Source: a virus
Strand: one strand, 5' to 3'
Length of the DNA stretch: 64,000 nucleotides
UHGV virus genome: UHGV-1352889
Notes under the pieces: generated by a model
Seen by the model: the letters and a program-made list of their open reading frames with translations, nothing else
Told to the model about the DNA's origin: nothing
Databases searched by the model: none
Shown here: one piece after another, positions 45,223 through 55,506 of the stretch
Position numbering within the stretch: position 1 is the first letter of the stretch
Layout of the letters: each line of letters opens with the position of its first letter
Position numbers and translations under genes: made by a program

Positions 45223-45504
45223 TTATGCTCCAAAGCCAGAGGCGATAATAGAACCAATGTCGGCTCCTTCTGCCAGTTCTTCGGCTTCTTCGGTTTCGGT
45301 TTCCTGTTTGGGAGATTCGGTTTCTTCTTCTTCGGAGTTATCGTCGTCATCGTCGTTGCTATCATCGTCACCTATTTCTTGGTCCTCGATAGAAACAATC
45401 TCAATAGATTTGCCATCATCTGAAACAACGCCAACTCCCATGAGCTGAACCTCATCCCCCGGTTTAAGGTCTCCAAATTTTTCAGGGTCATACGTAATCT
45501 TCAT
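45223..45504 (-). CDS. small acidic protein (93 aa, D/E-rich tail)
   Basis: ORF. Confidence 0.45.
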   Translation of the reverse strand: MKITYDPEKFGDLKPGDEVQLMGVGVVSDDGKSIEIVSIEDQEIGDDDSNDDDDDNSEEEETESPKQETETEEAEELAEGADIGSIIASGFGA

Positions 45505-45571
45505 GCAGATAAAAAATTGAGGCGAGCGGGTTCATCCCGCCCGCCTCGGTTTAAGAGTTATAGGTTTAGGC

Positions 45572-46828
45572 TTAGAGGCCCGGCACTGCCGCGGGGGTAC
45601 TTACCAGAGAGCCAACGGGCTTGCCGTCAGCACCAACGAGTTCGCGGCCAGCGGTCGTGCGAATGTGTCGGATGACTACACCGTGACGCGGGAAGACAGG
45701 CATCGGAGCGGCAGAAAGCGTCGCGATGAACATGCCCTGCGTACCCATGTAGTTATCGCCGTTGTCCTTGTTGTTCACCCAAACCAGCTCACCAGCGTAA
45801 GTCACGGGGTCCCACTTGGCCTGACCGTAGGCAGACACCGGACGAGGAACGAGGGACTTGTACACGTCCTTCACAAAGATAATCGTATCTTCGTAGGGGG
45901 CATTCATGTACGCGGGGTTCGGCACATAGCGGTTGCCAACAGTCGTTTCCACCTTGATATACTGGGGAACTTCCACCCACTTCTGACCAGTCGGCTTGGT
46001 GTCGTCGAAGGTGTAGCGGGGGTTCATGTTGTCCACGATGTAGGTAAAGCCCTTGTACGTCCACTTCACGCCCAGCTGACGCAGGAGGGTAGCATCCTTG
46101 CCTTCCGCGGCCTCTGCGAAGTTCCAGTCCTTGCGGATAACTTCGTTGTGACGCAGGATGAAGTCCACGGTGTCCTTAGACGTGTAAGCCAAGAAGACAG
46201 GGGAACCTTGGTCCATCAGAGCGGCAGATTCGCCAGCACCTTCATTGATGAGCAACTGCCAAGCTTGGTTCATCAGGTCGTCGTTCAGAGCGGCTTCGGG
46301 CTTAACTTCCGGCATGGAGTTAATATCGTTGCTCACGACATCGAGACCAACAACACCCGCCTTCGTGGGGATGAGTTTGTAGCTGGCGATGTTGATGTAG
46401 CTCTGACGGTAGAAGCGAGACCAAGTATTACCGACGGCACGGACCAACTGCTTCACCGCATTCTCGGCCTGTTGCTTAGCTTGCCATGACTGACGCATAC
46501 GGAGTACGTCCAGTTTCTGGGAGGAAAGCCTCGTGATGAAGCGGCTGTAGGAGTATTCCGTAGCCCCAGTATCATTTACCGTAATCGGAATCTGGTTGGA
46601 GGTGGAAGCGAGGTTAATGTTCATCCATTCGGCACGGGGGTCCGTAGCACCGAAGGTTGCGATGCGCCCGGAATCACCAACACCGTCAGTCCATTCACCC
46701 GTCATAATCATCTGGGAGTTCCACGGAGAAGTACGAGCAAAGGTGCTGAACATGTTGGCGTTAAGAAGGTTGGTCATCGTGACCAGCTTCAATTCTTGGG
46801 CCTGAATATCGTTAGGAGAAGTAGCCAT
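45572..46828 (-). CDS. putative major capsid protein (418 aa)
   Basis: Gene order is portal, small protein, scaffold-like, then this ORF. The size is typical of HK97-fold capsid proteins. No motif was verified. Confidence 0.5.
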   Translation of the reverse strand: MATSPNDIQAQELKLVTMTNLLNANMFSTFARTSPWNSQMIMTGEWTDGVGDSGRIATFGATDPRAEWMNINLASTSNQIPITVNDTGATEYSYSRFITRLSSQKLDVLRMRQSWQAKQQAENAVKQLVRAVGNTWSRFYRQSYINIASYKLIPTKAGVVGLDVVSNDINSMPEVKPEAALNDDLMNQAWQLLINEGAGESAALMDQGSPVFLAYTSKDTVDFILRHNEVIRKDWNFAEAAEGKDATLLRQLGVKWTYKGFTYIVDNMNPRYTFDDTKPTGQKWVEVPQYIKVETTVGNRYVPNPAYMNAPYEDTIIFVKDVYKSLVPRPVSAYGQAKWDPVTYAGELVWVNNKDNGDNYMGTQGMFIATLSAAPMPVFPRHGVVIRHIRTTAGRELVGADGKPVGSLVSTPAAVPGL

Positions 46829-46971
46829 TTGTAAATTAAATTTGGTTTAATTTGCAACGCCTAGTTCTCTTTGGAAGATTTTGTTTTGGGGTCTTACGCG
46901 GTCATGGCAGGGTCAGGACCAAGAATTTTCACACCTGCATAAAGGTTTGTTTTGGTTTGCTCGCGGGAAAG

Positions 46972-47007
46972 CAAGAATGGGACACCGCATTTGATGCCCC
47001 ATTCTTG
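46972..47007 (-). promoter_or_regulatory. 10-bp-stem hairpin in the 212-bp scaffold-capsid intergenic region
   Basis: CAAGAATGGG...CCCATTCTTG with a 16-nt loop. Confidence 0.4.
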
Positions 47008-47040
47008 TCATAAAATTACCAGTATGTCAAGGAAAATTTA

Positions 47041-48243
47041 TTATAATCCGAAGGCACTACCAATAATGTCCCCGACTGCGGTCGGCCCGGCGGGTGGCTG
47101 GGTCTCTGGGGCTTTGGAGCTACCACTGTTAGCGGAGGGGCGGGCCTTGCGAAGTTTGGCCACCTTCACGTTGAGAGCCTCGATTGTCGCGCGAGCATCT
47201 GCCAGTTCCTTAACCATGAGTTCGGCCAGTGCGCCATCCATGAAGGAACCATTATTTATCTTGTGAGCAAGATGGCGGGCATGCTTCACATTCTCTTCGG
47301 TAATCTCCGTGGTCATGCCCAGTTCCTTGGCGCGTTCCTGCATCGCTTCCAACGTGTAGTTGTCGAGATTGACGGTGTAGGTTGCACCTTCGGATTTGCC
47401 GCCGCGGCTGGCCTTCAACTCTTCCACATACTTGTCGGCTTCGGCCTGATAGTTTCCGTGGGCGACAATGGCCGCGTCGCGGACCTTAGCCATGCGGACA
47501 AATTTGAACACGGCAGAATCGCTGATGCCCAGTTCCTTCCCAATGGCCTCATACGCTTCTTCCCGGTCGTACTCGTCGAGGTCAGGATTAAGGGCAACTT
47601 CATTCAGCTTGTCCATGTCCAGAGATGCACCAGAGGCGCGGGCAATCTCTGCAAGTTTGGCGTTAGCCTTATTGTACGGGGCAGTTACATTGGTCTTGTA
47701 TTCTTCGGTTGCGGTGAAGGCATAGCCGCGTACAATTTCTCGCAGAGATTCAAGCTCTTCATTGCTTGACGTGGACTTACCCGCTTCTTCCAGCTTGGCC
47801 TTCAAGTCCGCGATTTCTTTCTTCGCGCCCCTCAACTGGACGCGCATTTCAGCGAATGCCTTGCTCGCGGCCTTGCTCGCTTTCTGTTCCTTAGGACCGT
47901 TGTTCTGTTCTTCCTTCTTCCCTTCTTCGTTTTCTTCCTCTTCGTTTTCCCCCTCTTCGTTCTGTTCTTCCTCGGTTTCCTCGGATTCCGTGTCATCCGG
48001 GGGAACCGGGGTTCCCGTGGTATTGACTACTTCATCATCCGCGATGCGGGGACCAGCGTCCGGCATGACTACCGTACCATCCGGGGATTCAATGGGAGCC
48101 GTGGGGTTAGCGGGATTGGAGGGTTGAGTGGAATCCGTGGAATCCGGGGCGAACAGGGTCTGTTCGAAAATGCTATGTACGTCGTTGTGAATGGCACCAC
48201 CTATGATGCCCTCCGCTACTGCGGGAATATTTACATTATCCAT
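47041..48243 (-). CDS. putative scaffolding protein (400 aa)
   Basis: Acidic EEEQNEEGENEEEENEE segment and coiled-coil heptads. It lies between the portal and capsid genes. Confidence 0.45.
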   Translation of the reverse strand: MDNVNIPAVAEGIIGGAIHNDVHSIFEQTLFAPDSTDSTQPSNPANPTAPIESPDGTVVMPDAGPRIADDEVVNTTGTPVPPDDTESEETEEEQNEEGENEEEENEEGKKEEQNNGPKEQKASKAASKAFAEMRVQLRGAKKEIADLKAKLEEAGKSTSSNEELESLREIVRGYAFTATEEYKTNVTAPYNKANAKLAEIARASGASLDMDKLNEVALNPDLDEYDREEAYEAIGKELGISDSAVFKFVRMAKVRDAAIVAHGNYQAEADKYVEELKASRGGKSEGATYTVNLDNYTLEAMQERAKELGMTTEITEENVKHARHLAHKINNGSFMDGALAELMVKELADARATIEALNVKVAKLRKARPSANSGSSKAPETQPPAGPTAVGDIIGSAFGL

Positions 48244-48250
48244 CTATGTA

Positions 48251-48568
48251 TTACTTGTTTGGTGAAAGTGAGTTAATCCAAGCGTTACGCTCGGTCATGG
48301 GATGATTCATCATAGTTACCGGGGATTCGGTTTCTTCATTCTCTTCGGCCAGATTGAAGAGAGCGGCGATAACGGATTTAGCCCCAGCCGCGAAAGCTCC
48401 ATTCAATGCGGCGGCTTCCATTGTGGGCTGTAATGTCGCATTGAGTTTTGACTGAACAATGCAGAGAGCTTCTTCCATTACCGGGTCATGCAGGAGTTCA
48501 GCAAGGCGGCCAGTCGCCGCCTTGTTGCTTTTGAACCCTTCGACAGTGTAGGTAGGAACTGCCTTCAT
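48251..48568 (-). CDS. hypothetical head-associated protein (105 aa)
   Basis: ORF. Confidence 0.45.
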   Translation of the reverse strand: MKAVPTYTVEGFKSNKAATGRLAELLHDPVMEEALCIVQSKLNATLQPTMEAAALNGAFAAGAKSVIAALFNLAEENEETESPVTMMNHPMTERNAWINSLSPNK

Positions 48569-50835
48569 CGTGCACCTCCCAGCGATTGAGCCGCTTTAGC
48601 GTTAGCTTCTACGGCGTTACGAGTAATCTCGGCATCCTGCTTTTCCTTAGCCAACTGGATTTCAGCTTCCGTCTTCATGCGCTTCAATTCAATTTCGGCT
48701 TCGGCTTTCATCTGTTCAGGAGTAGGTCCTTCTTGGGGAGCCGCTTCTTCGTTCTGTTGCATCGCTTCCAAGGCCCGCATGCCGTTGGTAATAACCTCGT
48801 TGCACCTCTTGACCAGTTTCTCGTACTGTTCAAATTCGGGGACAACTTCCTTGGCGGCCTGCAAATAGTCCATGTGTCCTGCCAACTGGGCGACCAGAAG
48901 CTGTAGAGGTTGAGCTAGCTGGGCCATCTCTTCGGGTTCCAGCTGTGCGTCCGGTAGCATGGACATGATGAAGTTGGCATGCACTTCCGCGTGCGTCCTG
49001 TGGTCCTCGTTCGGCATAACCGGAACTTCCTGACCTGCCATGAGCTGGTTGTTCTGGATGGATGCGATAGAGGCGGCCACGGTTTCGGACGGGTTGGGGT
49101 CATCCTTCAACGGCATGAACAACTGCGCGGTGCGTCCATTCGTTTCATTGGCAATGGCCATGCGGATGAGACGTTCCTGCCCAGCGCGGGGCATGAACTG
49201 CATGTAGTTGAGACACTGACGGAGAGCCATTGTACGGCGAACCTTACTGCCCGCACCGATAGGGGGAAGAGCGGTAACGCTGTCAAGGTCGATAGCGAAG
49301 AAGGCATCCCTTGGCACACCTGCTTCGTCCAGACGTTGGAGCATGCGTTCACGTTCCTTAAACCCGCCAATCCCTTCATCGTAGTCCTTGCGGATGATAC
49401 GGCGAACGATTTCACGGAGAAGGATGGTCATGTGCTCCAAGAGCATATCCATGATGTTATTGCTGACCTTGCTCGCATTACCCATACGGATTTCAGCTTC
49501 CAGCTGGGTGCGGCCCATGCCTCCATCAGCATTCACGTCAATCTCGCCCAAGCGTTCCCGGATTTGGTTCTGCAAGAATGCGAGGGGAGTTCCGGCAACT
49601 TGTTGCAGATTCGGCACGGGATTAGGAACCACTTGCGTTGACGGGTCCAAAATGGTATAGGCCCCCATCGGGTTCACCATTGCGGAGAGACGGGAGGTTT
49701 CATTGGTGGCAGAGACGTTCAGAGCCATGCCGAGGAACGCCGCGTCCGTCGCTTGGTTCATCAACTTGTCAATGACACGAGTGTGAGGCAGAAGGTCATT
49801 GCCATATCCGCGAAGGGCATGAATATCTCCATTGGTGCTACTGCCCAGCGGGAAGAGAATGAAGGCTTCTTCCATAGAGTTGTAGGCTCCTTCCTTGGTG
49901 TAGAGGAACTTGGTGTCATCTACATCGCGGTTCTGGTCACGCTTCACATCCTGACCATTGCCGCCGCTTCCGTTGACGAAGAAAATGGAATGAGTAACCG
50001 TACCGTTGAATTCGCGTACCCACATGTGGGCAATCGGAATACTGGTTCCAATTACGTCGGTCAGGGTGTAGTCTCCGTTTTTGAGCATCTTCTCGGTCTC
50101 CCAAGAAATGCGCTGGGGCTGTACTGTCTGATTGTAACTACAGGTCTTCAACACCTTCATGACCTCTTCCACATCCCAGCCAGCTTCCCTTGCGGTCTGC
50201 GGGTCACGAATGAAATCGTAGAGTTCATGGGCACGAAGGGTACGAGTAGCAAACACAACCTCAAGGGTGCTACTGTCCGGCTTAACCTTTCGCTCGAAGG
50301 CAAACTCGTTCAGACTACCCGCCTTGAAGTACCAAGTGTCAGGGTCCTCAAAGTAGGCAAGGCCGAAGCCGTGGAAGGAGAAGTTGTGAAGAAGGTCTGT
50401 CATGATGGAAGTGAATCCCGGCATGGACTTGACCATCTTCGTCACCTCGGTGGAAAGGATGTCTGAATAAATGGGGCGACGAGCATTATCTCCGAAGGTG
50501 GTTTGCACCGAAACAAGTTCGGGGTTATCCCACACTTCACGGAGGCTGGCCGCCACCTTTTCACGAACAATCCGCATCGTGCGGAAGTTGTAGTTGGTTC
50601 GATAATTCTGACCAACTGCGGAAAGGGCCATTGGGTCATACGGGCGTTGTCCGTCCAGCTCTGCCTGTGCCTCTGTCCTCGCTTGCATGGATAGCTGGTC
50701 AGCGGTGAGGCAGAAGTAGAGCAAGGCGCGGGCTTGGTCAGCGGTCGGAACCCTTCGCTTGAGAAGAGTTCCGTTCTCGTCAACCACGCCAATAACCCCC
50801 GGACCTACGGGAGCATTTGCGTCTGGTTTCGGCAT
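48565..50835 (-). CDS. putative portal protein (756 aa)
   Basis: Size and position between the terminase and scaffold/capsid genes. A C-terminal coiled-coil and acidic tail are present. Assignment is by synteny only. Confidence 0.5.
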   Translation of the reverse strand: MPKPDANAPVGPGVIGVVDENGTLLKRRVPTADQARALLYFCLTADQLSMQARTEAQAELDGQRPYDPMALSAVGQNYRTNYNFRTMRIVREKVAASLREVWDNPELVSVQTTFGDNARRPIYSDILSTEVTKMVKSMPGFTSIMTDLLHNFSFHGFGLAYFEDPDTWYFKAGSLNEFAFERKVKPDSSTLEVVFATRTLRAHELYDFIRDPQTAREAGWDVEEVMKVLKTCSYNQTVQPQRISWETEKMLKNGDYTLTDVIGTSIPIAHMWVREFNGTVTHSIFFVNGSGGNGQDVKRDQNRDVDDTKFLYTKEGAYNSMEEAFILFPLGSSTNGDIHALRGYGNDLLPHTRVIDKLMNQATDAAFLGMALNVSATNETSRLSAMVNPMGAYTILDPSTQVVPNPVPNLQQVAGTPLAFLQNQIRERLGEIDVNADGGMGRTQLEAEIRMGNASKVSNNIMDMLLEHMTILLREIVRRIIRKDYDEGIGGFKERERMLQRLDEAGVPRDAFFAIDLDSVTALPPIGAGSKVRRTMALRQCLNYMQFMPRAGQERLIRMAIANETNGRTAQLFMPLKDDPNPSETVAASIASIQNNQLMAGQEVPVMPNEDHRTHAEVHANFIMSMLPDAQLEPEEMAQLAQPLQLLVAQLAGHMDYLQAAKEVVPEFEQYEKLVKRCNEVITNGMRALEAMQQNEEAAPQEGPTPEQMKAEAEIELKRMKTEAEIQLAKEKQDAEITRNAVEANAKAAQSLGGAR

Positions 50836-50840
50836 ATCTA

Positions 50841-51731
50841 CTATTTGTCAATTTCGTCTTTACCCTCAACCGCATCAGCCTTCATGGCTTTCTTGGTCTT
50901 GGGCTTCACAGGTGCAGGTGTAACAACTTTCGCGCTGGGTGTCAAGTCTTCTGCTTCACTTAAATCCTCGCGGGCTTTAGTTGCTCCACCTACTTGCTCG
51001 GACTGTCCCATCATATTGATAGATTCCGCTTTGATGCTGGCGATAGATACCTCGGCAGGGGTCGTCACCGTGACTTCGCCAAGAACTTGGGGAAGCTTAA
51101 AGTTGTCCGCGTCGGGGATTTCACCAACGGTGATGAGGTCGTCCCAGTTCTCCACGTTGAAGCACTTCTCGGTCAGCACCTTGTCAAGGAAGAGACGGAA
51201 ATGCTGGGAGATGGTGACGTAGGGAACTCGCTGGGGATAGAGCTTCGCCAGCTGGCTGGACATGACGAAGGTTCCGTCCACGGTGCGAGATTCGTAGGAA
51301 CCTTCGGTAGCGGGAACGGTGAAGTATTTACCCGCAATAACCGGAGCCTTCTTGCGATAGAACGTTGCATCCAGCGTATCAATCGCGCCGGGCTTAAACT
51401 TTTCATTGCCGCGTTCGGAAACCCAAATGATAGCTCGTTCGTCCGGCGCGTTCTCGTAAGCCAGAGCCTGTTGCAGTCGGGCGAAGAGATGAGTAACGAG
51501 AGCGTAGCTACCCGTGACAGGGGTCAGCAACTCAATCGTGCGAAGGTCCCGGAACTGATTCTTCAAGATTTTAACCATGGGTTCAGCGGCGGCCTTGGCC
51601 CGGTAAGGGAGCAGGAGCCAAACATCGTGGTCGCCACGGCTGGAAGCCGCAACGCTGTCAATGAGGTTCTGTGCAATGTTCGCGCCGTTGATAAGGACGC
51701 GAGGTTCACAAGGGATTGCTATTGTAGCCAT
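50841..51731 (-). CDS. hypothetical protein (296 aa)
   Basis: ORF. Confidence 0.45.
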   Translation of the reverse strand: MATIAIPCEPRVLINGANIAQNLIDSVAASSRGDHDVWLLLPYRAKAAAEPMVKILKNQFRDLRTIELLTPVTGSYALVTHLFARLQQALAYENAPDERAIIWVSERGNEKFKPGAIDTLDATFYRKKAPVIAGKYFTVPATEGSYESRTVDGTFVMSSQLAKLYPQRVPYVTISQHFRLFLDKVLTEKCFNVENWDDLITVGEIPDADNFKLPQVLGEVTVTTPAEVSIASIKAESINMMGQSEQVGGATKAREDLSEAEDLTPSAKVVTPAPVKPKTKKAMKADAVEGKDEIDK

Positions 51732-51737
51732 TGTCGT

Positions 51738-52229
51738 TTATTTTGTTTTAGTTGCTTTGAGGGCGCGGCGTTCAGCCTGTATGCCCAAGGATGTGTCCGC
51801 TTGAGGCGGCAGGATATTGAATGCCCATTCAGTTACCAACTGCTGGAAGAGATACCAGCGGAAGTAGAGCTGGGATTCGACGAGAGGCTCATACATTAGA
51901 TAGGAGAAGAAGGGGTACTTTCGAGGACTGCCCGGAGTTAGCGTGAGGGGTCTAGTGAGGGGGGTTTCCGTACTATTCGAGAATATCTTTGTCCGAAAGT
52001 ATTTAGGACGCACTCCATGCACCGGGTCAACATCCTTAAAGGCCATCACGTGTGTAGGGTTCGCCCGGTCGGGGTATGGGTGCATGACCTCGCCACGTGT
52101 AGGCGCAAGCCTCGCGGACTTCCCGTTCACCCACGCAAGGTAGTAGGCACGGTATCTCCATGCTTTTCCCCACACCTCCTTATCCCGTGCTACCTCATGG
52201 AAGACGGCGGCATTCTCACTTATCGCCAT
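51738..52229 (-). CDS. hypothetical protein (163 aa)
   Basis: ORF. Confidence 0.45.
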   Translation of the reverse strand: MAISENAAVFHEVARDKEVWGKAWRYRAYYLAWVNGKSARLAPTRGEVMHPYPDRANPTHVMAFKDVDPVHGVRPKYFRTKIFSNSTETPLTRPLTLTPGSPRKYPFFSYLMYEPLVESQLYFRWYLFQQLVTEWAFNILPPQADTSLGIQAERRALKATKTK

Positions 52230-52980
52230 TGTCGGACGTGGGTTTCAGGTTTTTATCCTCTTGTGCGTCTGCAAGGTAGTTGACGAAGTTAATGAAGGTA
52301 GCCGCGTCAAATTCGGGCAGTTCGTTCTTGTAACTGGCATACGCGCTTGTATTCGCCATTGGGATTGCGGGCCAAGGTTTATATTCCTTGGTCAGCTTCT
52401 CGGCAATACTGCGTAGGAACTGACTATATTCCTCCGACGGTGCGATGAGGGAAAGGAAAGCGTCCACCCCGTCAGGGCTACCGGAGGTCTCTACCTCCCT
52501 GTCAAACGTCAGCGGGTCGTCCGCGTACTCGACATGGGAGAGCTTGGCATTGTACTTGTTCGTTCTCTTGACGGCCTTCTTGTACTTCTTCGCGTGTTCG
52601 CGAAGCTTGTCAAGGTCATCGAGCCACAGAGGAACCTGTTGCCACCATGAACGCATAGCTTCTACCCGCAAGCGGATAAGATAGGATGAGCGCATGATTT
52701 GGGTCAGGCATCCACAATGGTGTTGCTTGCGCGTTAATTGCAGACGGTTCATCGTGACCACATTCCCGCATGCACATTGCGCGACATACGGATATCGGAC
52801 ATCGTGGGAGTACCCGATAACTGTTAGAATCCCTTGGGTATGACCAACAGGCAACGGTTCATCATCCGTTCCCATATAATCGGGGAACGTTTCTGGGGTC
52901 TTCACTTCCTCCGGCAAGTTCATGAGAGCTACCGGGGTCCAACGACGGAAGACTTCTTGAATTGATTCGGGTTGAGCCAT
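52216..52980 (-). CDS. hypothetical protein with CxC...HHCGC metal-binding motif (254 aa)
   Basis: ORF. CACGNVV...KQHHCGC. Confidence 0.45.
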   Translation of the reverse strand: MAQPESIQEVFRRWTPVALMNLPEEVKTPETFPDYMGTDDEPLPVGHTQGILTVIGYSHDVRYPYVAQCACGNVVTMNRLQLTRKQHHCGCLTQIMRSSYLIRLRVEAMRSWWQQVPLWLDDLDKLREHAKKYKKAVKRTNKYNAKLSHVEYADDPLTFDREVETSGSPDGVDAFLSLIAPSEEYSQFLRSIAEKLTKEYKPWPAIPMANTSAYASYKNELPEFDAATFINFVNYLADAQEDKNLKPTSDNGDK

Positions 52981-53016
52981 GCCCTCAATATAGGAGAAAA
53001 TACGAACTTGTCAATA

Positions 53017-53676
53017 TTATTTTTCGTCAGCTTCGGGCTTTTCGCCCTTCTTCTTTAGCTTCAAGGTGATGGTACGGGCCGCGCTTCCTTCTTCCAGTTC
53101 AGGACGAGTGCCATCCTTGTTCAGAGTTACTGGTCCACCCTGCAATCCCATCTGCGTCACTATCTCGGTTTGTTCCAGCTCGAACTGCTGGATAACCTGT
53201 GACAGTAGGTCCATGTCGCGCTTCGCAATCGCTTCGTTAAACTTCTCCCACAGACCGTGGCTTCGCTCCATGATAGAGAGGAAGAGAGGTACATCCTTAA
53301 TGGATTGTATCTCTGCGTCGGCCATGAAGGAAGCGACACGGGAGAATCCACTGTTCATCAGTTCTTTGTACTGGCTACTCATGGATTCAACGATGTCAAG
53401 CTCAATCTTCGTCCTCGCCTCTTGGCGTTGGAGGATGCGTGCCTGTGTGTTCTGTGTGTACGTATTGAGAAGTTCATTGCGGATAGCCAGTTCCTCCTTC
53501 GAGAGTTGGACGCTATCAACAATCTTATCAACACGTTCACGGGAGAGGCCAGTAACTTCCGAGATGACAGGAACCGGGGTCCCTGCCTTGTACATCTCAA
53601 TGGCCTTCCTTATAACGGTGTTCTCGTTAGTGATTGGTTTGGGAGCAGAAATCTTAGCGGCGGCTCTTAGGTCCAT
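53017..53676 (-). CDS. HTH plus coiled-coil protein (219 aa); small-terminase-like architecture, but downstream of TerL
   Basis: N-terminal ISEVTGLSRERVDKIV is HTH-like. Confidence 0.3.
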   Translation of the reverse strand: MDLRAAAKISAPKPITNENTVIRKAIEMYKAGTPVPVISEVTGLSRERVDKIVDSVQLSKEELAIRNELLNTYTQNTQARILQRQEARTKIELDIVESMSSQYKELMNSGFSRVASFMADAEIQSIKDVPLFLSIMERSHGLWEKFNEAIAKRDMDLLSQVIQQFELEQTEIVTQMGLQGGPVTLNKDGTRPELEEGSAARTITLKLKKKGEKPEADEK

Positions 53677-55505
53677 AGCATGTTCATTGCGGCGGTTACG
53701 TCGGAGGCAAAGGTGTCGCGGGCAGGAGCGGGAGCGGGGGCATTGCCTCCGACGAAGCCTCCGAGATACCTGCCAATGTCTGCGGCTTCAATATATGCGG
53801 TTCCGTCTTCGCGATATTTGATTACCTCTTGATGTTCTACCACCTTATGGTTCTGAATGTCAAGCCTAATCTTACCGAACTCCGGTCCCATGATTCCCCG
53901 GCACACGTGCACCAATAGTGCTAGTGCGTCCGCGTTGTCCGGGGATTTATGAATCCGCTTCTTCATGGCCGCCTTGGGTTCCACGGCAATTCGGGTTCCA
54001 TTCATGGTGTAGAGCCGGGATTTAAGCTCGACGATAGTTGTCGGGTCGAGGCCATAAAGTTGGCGAGCATTGATTGCCAGTTTCATACATCCCCAAAGCT
54101 CGGAGACCTTGTTGCTATATTGCTGGCATGCCTCCTGATTCTGCAACAGGCCAATGGGCACCTTGCTCGCCATACCCGCGAAGCTGACCGTCTGGAAGTC
54201 CGTGCCGACATGCTGGGCGAGGATGTCGATGAAACCAGTACCTCCGGTTACGTCCACGGCAAGGTACTTACTTTCAACCCCGTTGGCCCGGAGAATCTCT
54301 CCAACTTGCTGGGCGATGTCGAAGTTCCTTTGCTTCATCCGTTCCTTGTCGGACGTAGACTTCAACAAATAGGTACGGAACACCGCGCACGCCCAAAGCC
54401 CTTCAACCGTTCGTCCGACTTTGGCGAGCTTCAAACATGACTGGTCGCCGCCGTTGGTGTAGGCAGGGTCGAGACCCGCTATCGTAATCAACCCGCCGTC
54501 TCCCCAGACGGGCATGGCATCCGCGCCACTGCCGTAAATTTCAGCCTCCGACATTAGTGAACCTTCTTCCGTATCGTCTGAAAAGGTAGCCCGGTGGAAC
54601 CGCATCACGAACGGACTATTCTCCCCGTACTGTTCAATCGTTTGCTGAACGATGTCCAACGGAGTGTAGAAGCTCCAATCCTCGCGGCCATATTTGATGC
54701 GGGGGTTCTGGGTGTTGTCGAAGCGGATGTAAATCCCGTCCTTGGTCTCCCACTCGTATTCCTCAAAGATGTCAACGCTGTTCCACCCATCCTTGGGCAT
54801 AGCCATAACACCAAAGGCATCGGTGCGGCTCTTGGGGTTAGAGGCGGCCATCAGGGTAGGAGGCGTGTCCGCTCTGTTGGTGATGAGGTTGGTACGCCAC
54901 ACCTCGACGAGTTCAATCGGCAATTCGGAAAGCTCGTCGTAAAAGACGTGCATGTTCTTTGCCTTAATACCGATAAATCGGCTACTGGGGTCGCCGACGT
55001 TCGCGCAGGGGATAATGGAGATGCCGCGGGAATCGTCAATATCTCCGTCCTCGTTCACGCCTTTAATCTGTCCCTTGCCATCAACGAGCTTACCCGGAAA
55101 TTCCTTGCGCCACAACCGTTTAATATCCTTGAAGATACGTTTCTTCGCACCTTCAATAGTAGTCGATGTGACTAGGCAAAGGGTATCGACGGGGTCGGCC
55201 AGATAGAAGAGCGTCGCCATGATAGCCATAGATAATGACTTCCCAGAGGACGAGCCTCCACCCATGATGACCACATCATATTTGCACGCGGTTTCAATCA
55301 TCCGTTCAATCCACGGTGTCCAGATAATGGGAGTAGGACTGCCCTTGTAATTCCACAGGAGATTGATGGCGTTCTTAGCGTGTCCATACCTGCCCAGCCC
55401 TCCCTTCTCTTCGGGCCACGCGTATTTGAAGCACCAGAGTTCGATGTCAAGCTCTGATACTCCGTACTCCCATTGTCGTCCGTAGCGAGTAAAGTGTCGT
55501 GCCAT
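53667..55505 (-). CDS. terL: terminase large subunit
   Basis: Walker A VIMGGGSSSGKS and Walker B-like MHVFYDE are present. The 612-aa length is typical, with a C-terminal nuclease-like region. Confidence 0.8.
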   Translation of the reverse strand: MARHFTRYGRQWEYGVSELDIELWCFKYAWPEEKGGLGRYGHAKNAINLLWNYKGSPTPIIWTPWIERMIETACKYDVVIMGGGSSSGKSLSMAIMATLFYLADPVDTLCLVTSTTIEGAKKRIFKDIKRLWRKEFPGKLVDGKGQIKGVNEDGDIDDSRGISIIPCANVGDPSSRFIGIKAKNMHVFYDELSELPIELVEVWRTNLITNRADTPPTLMAASNPKSRTDAFGVMAMPKDGWNSVDIFEEYEWETKDGIYIRFDNTQNPRIKYGREDWSFYTPLDIVQQTIEQYGENSPFVMRFHRATFSDDTEEGSLMSEAEIYGSGADAMPVWGDGGLITIAGLDPAYTNGGDQSCLKLAKVGRTVEGLWACAVFRTYLLKSTSDKERMKQRNFDIAQQVGEILRANGVESKYLAVDVTGGTGFIDILAQHVGTDFQTVSFAGMASKVPIGLLQNQEACQQYSNKVSELWGCMKLAINARQLYGLDPTTIVELKSRLYTMNGTRIAVEPKAAMKKRIHKSPDNADALALLVHVCRGIMGPEFGKIRLDIQNHKVVEHQEVIKYREDGTAYIEAADIGRYLGGFVGGNAPAPAPARDTFASDVTAAMNMLWT

Positions 55506-55506
55506 G

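Noticed and set aside
20800-48140. Recurring GGATTCCGTGG / CCACGGAATCC-like motifs inside coding regions (20800-20870, 31075-31140, 38880-38950, 39530-39545, 47990-48140)
   Set aside because: All occurrences translate to T/E/S/P-rich low-complexity linkers, for example ACGGAATCC = T-E-S. They reflect repeated linker peptides and codon choice, and are not an independent DNA-level signal. The non-coding GGAACC repeats are reported separately.
53017-53676. Calling the HTH plus coiled-coil protein the small terminase subunit
   Set aside because: Its architecture fits, but it lies downstream of terL and not upstream, and no DNA-binding specificity can be shown from sequence. It is left as a low-confidence note.
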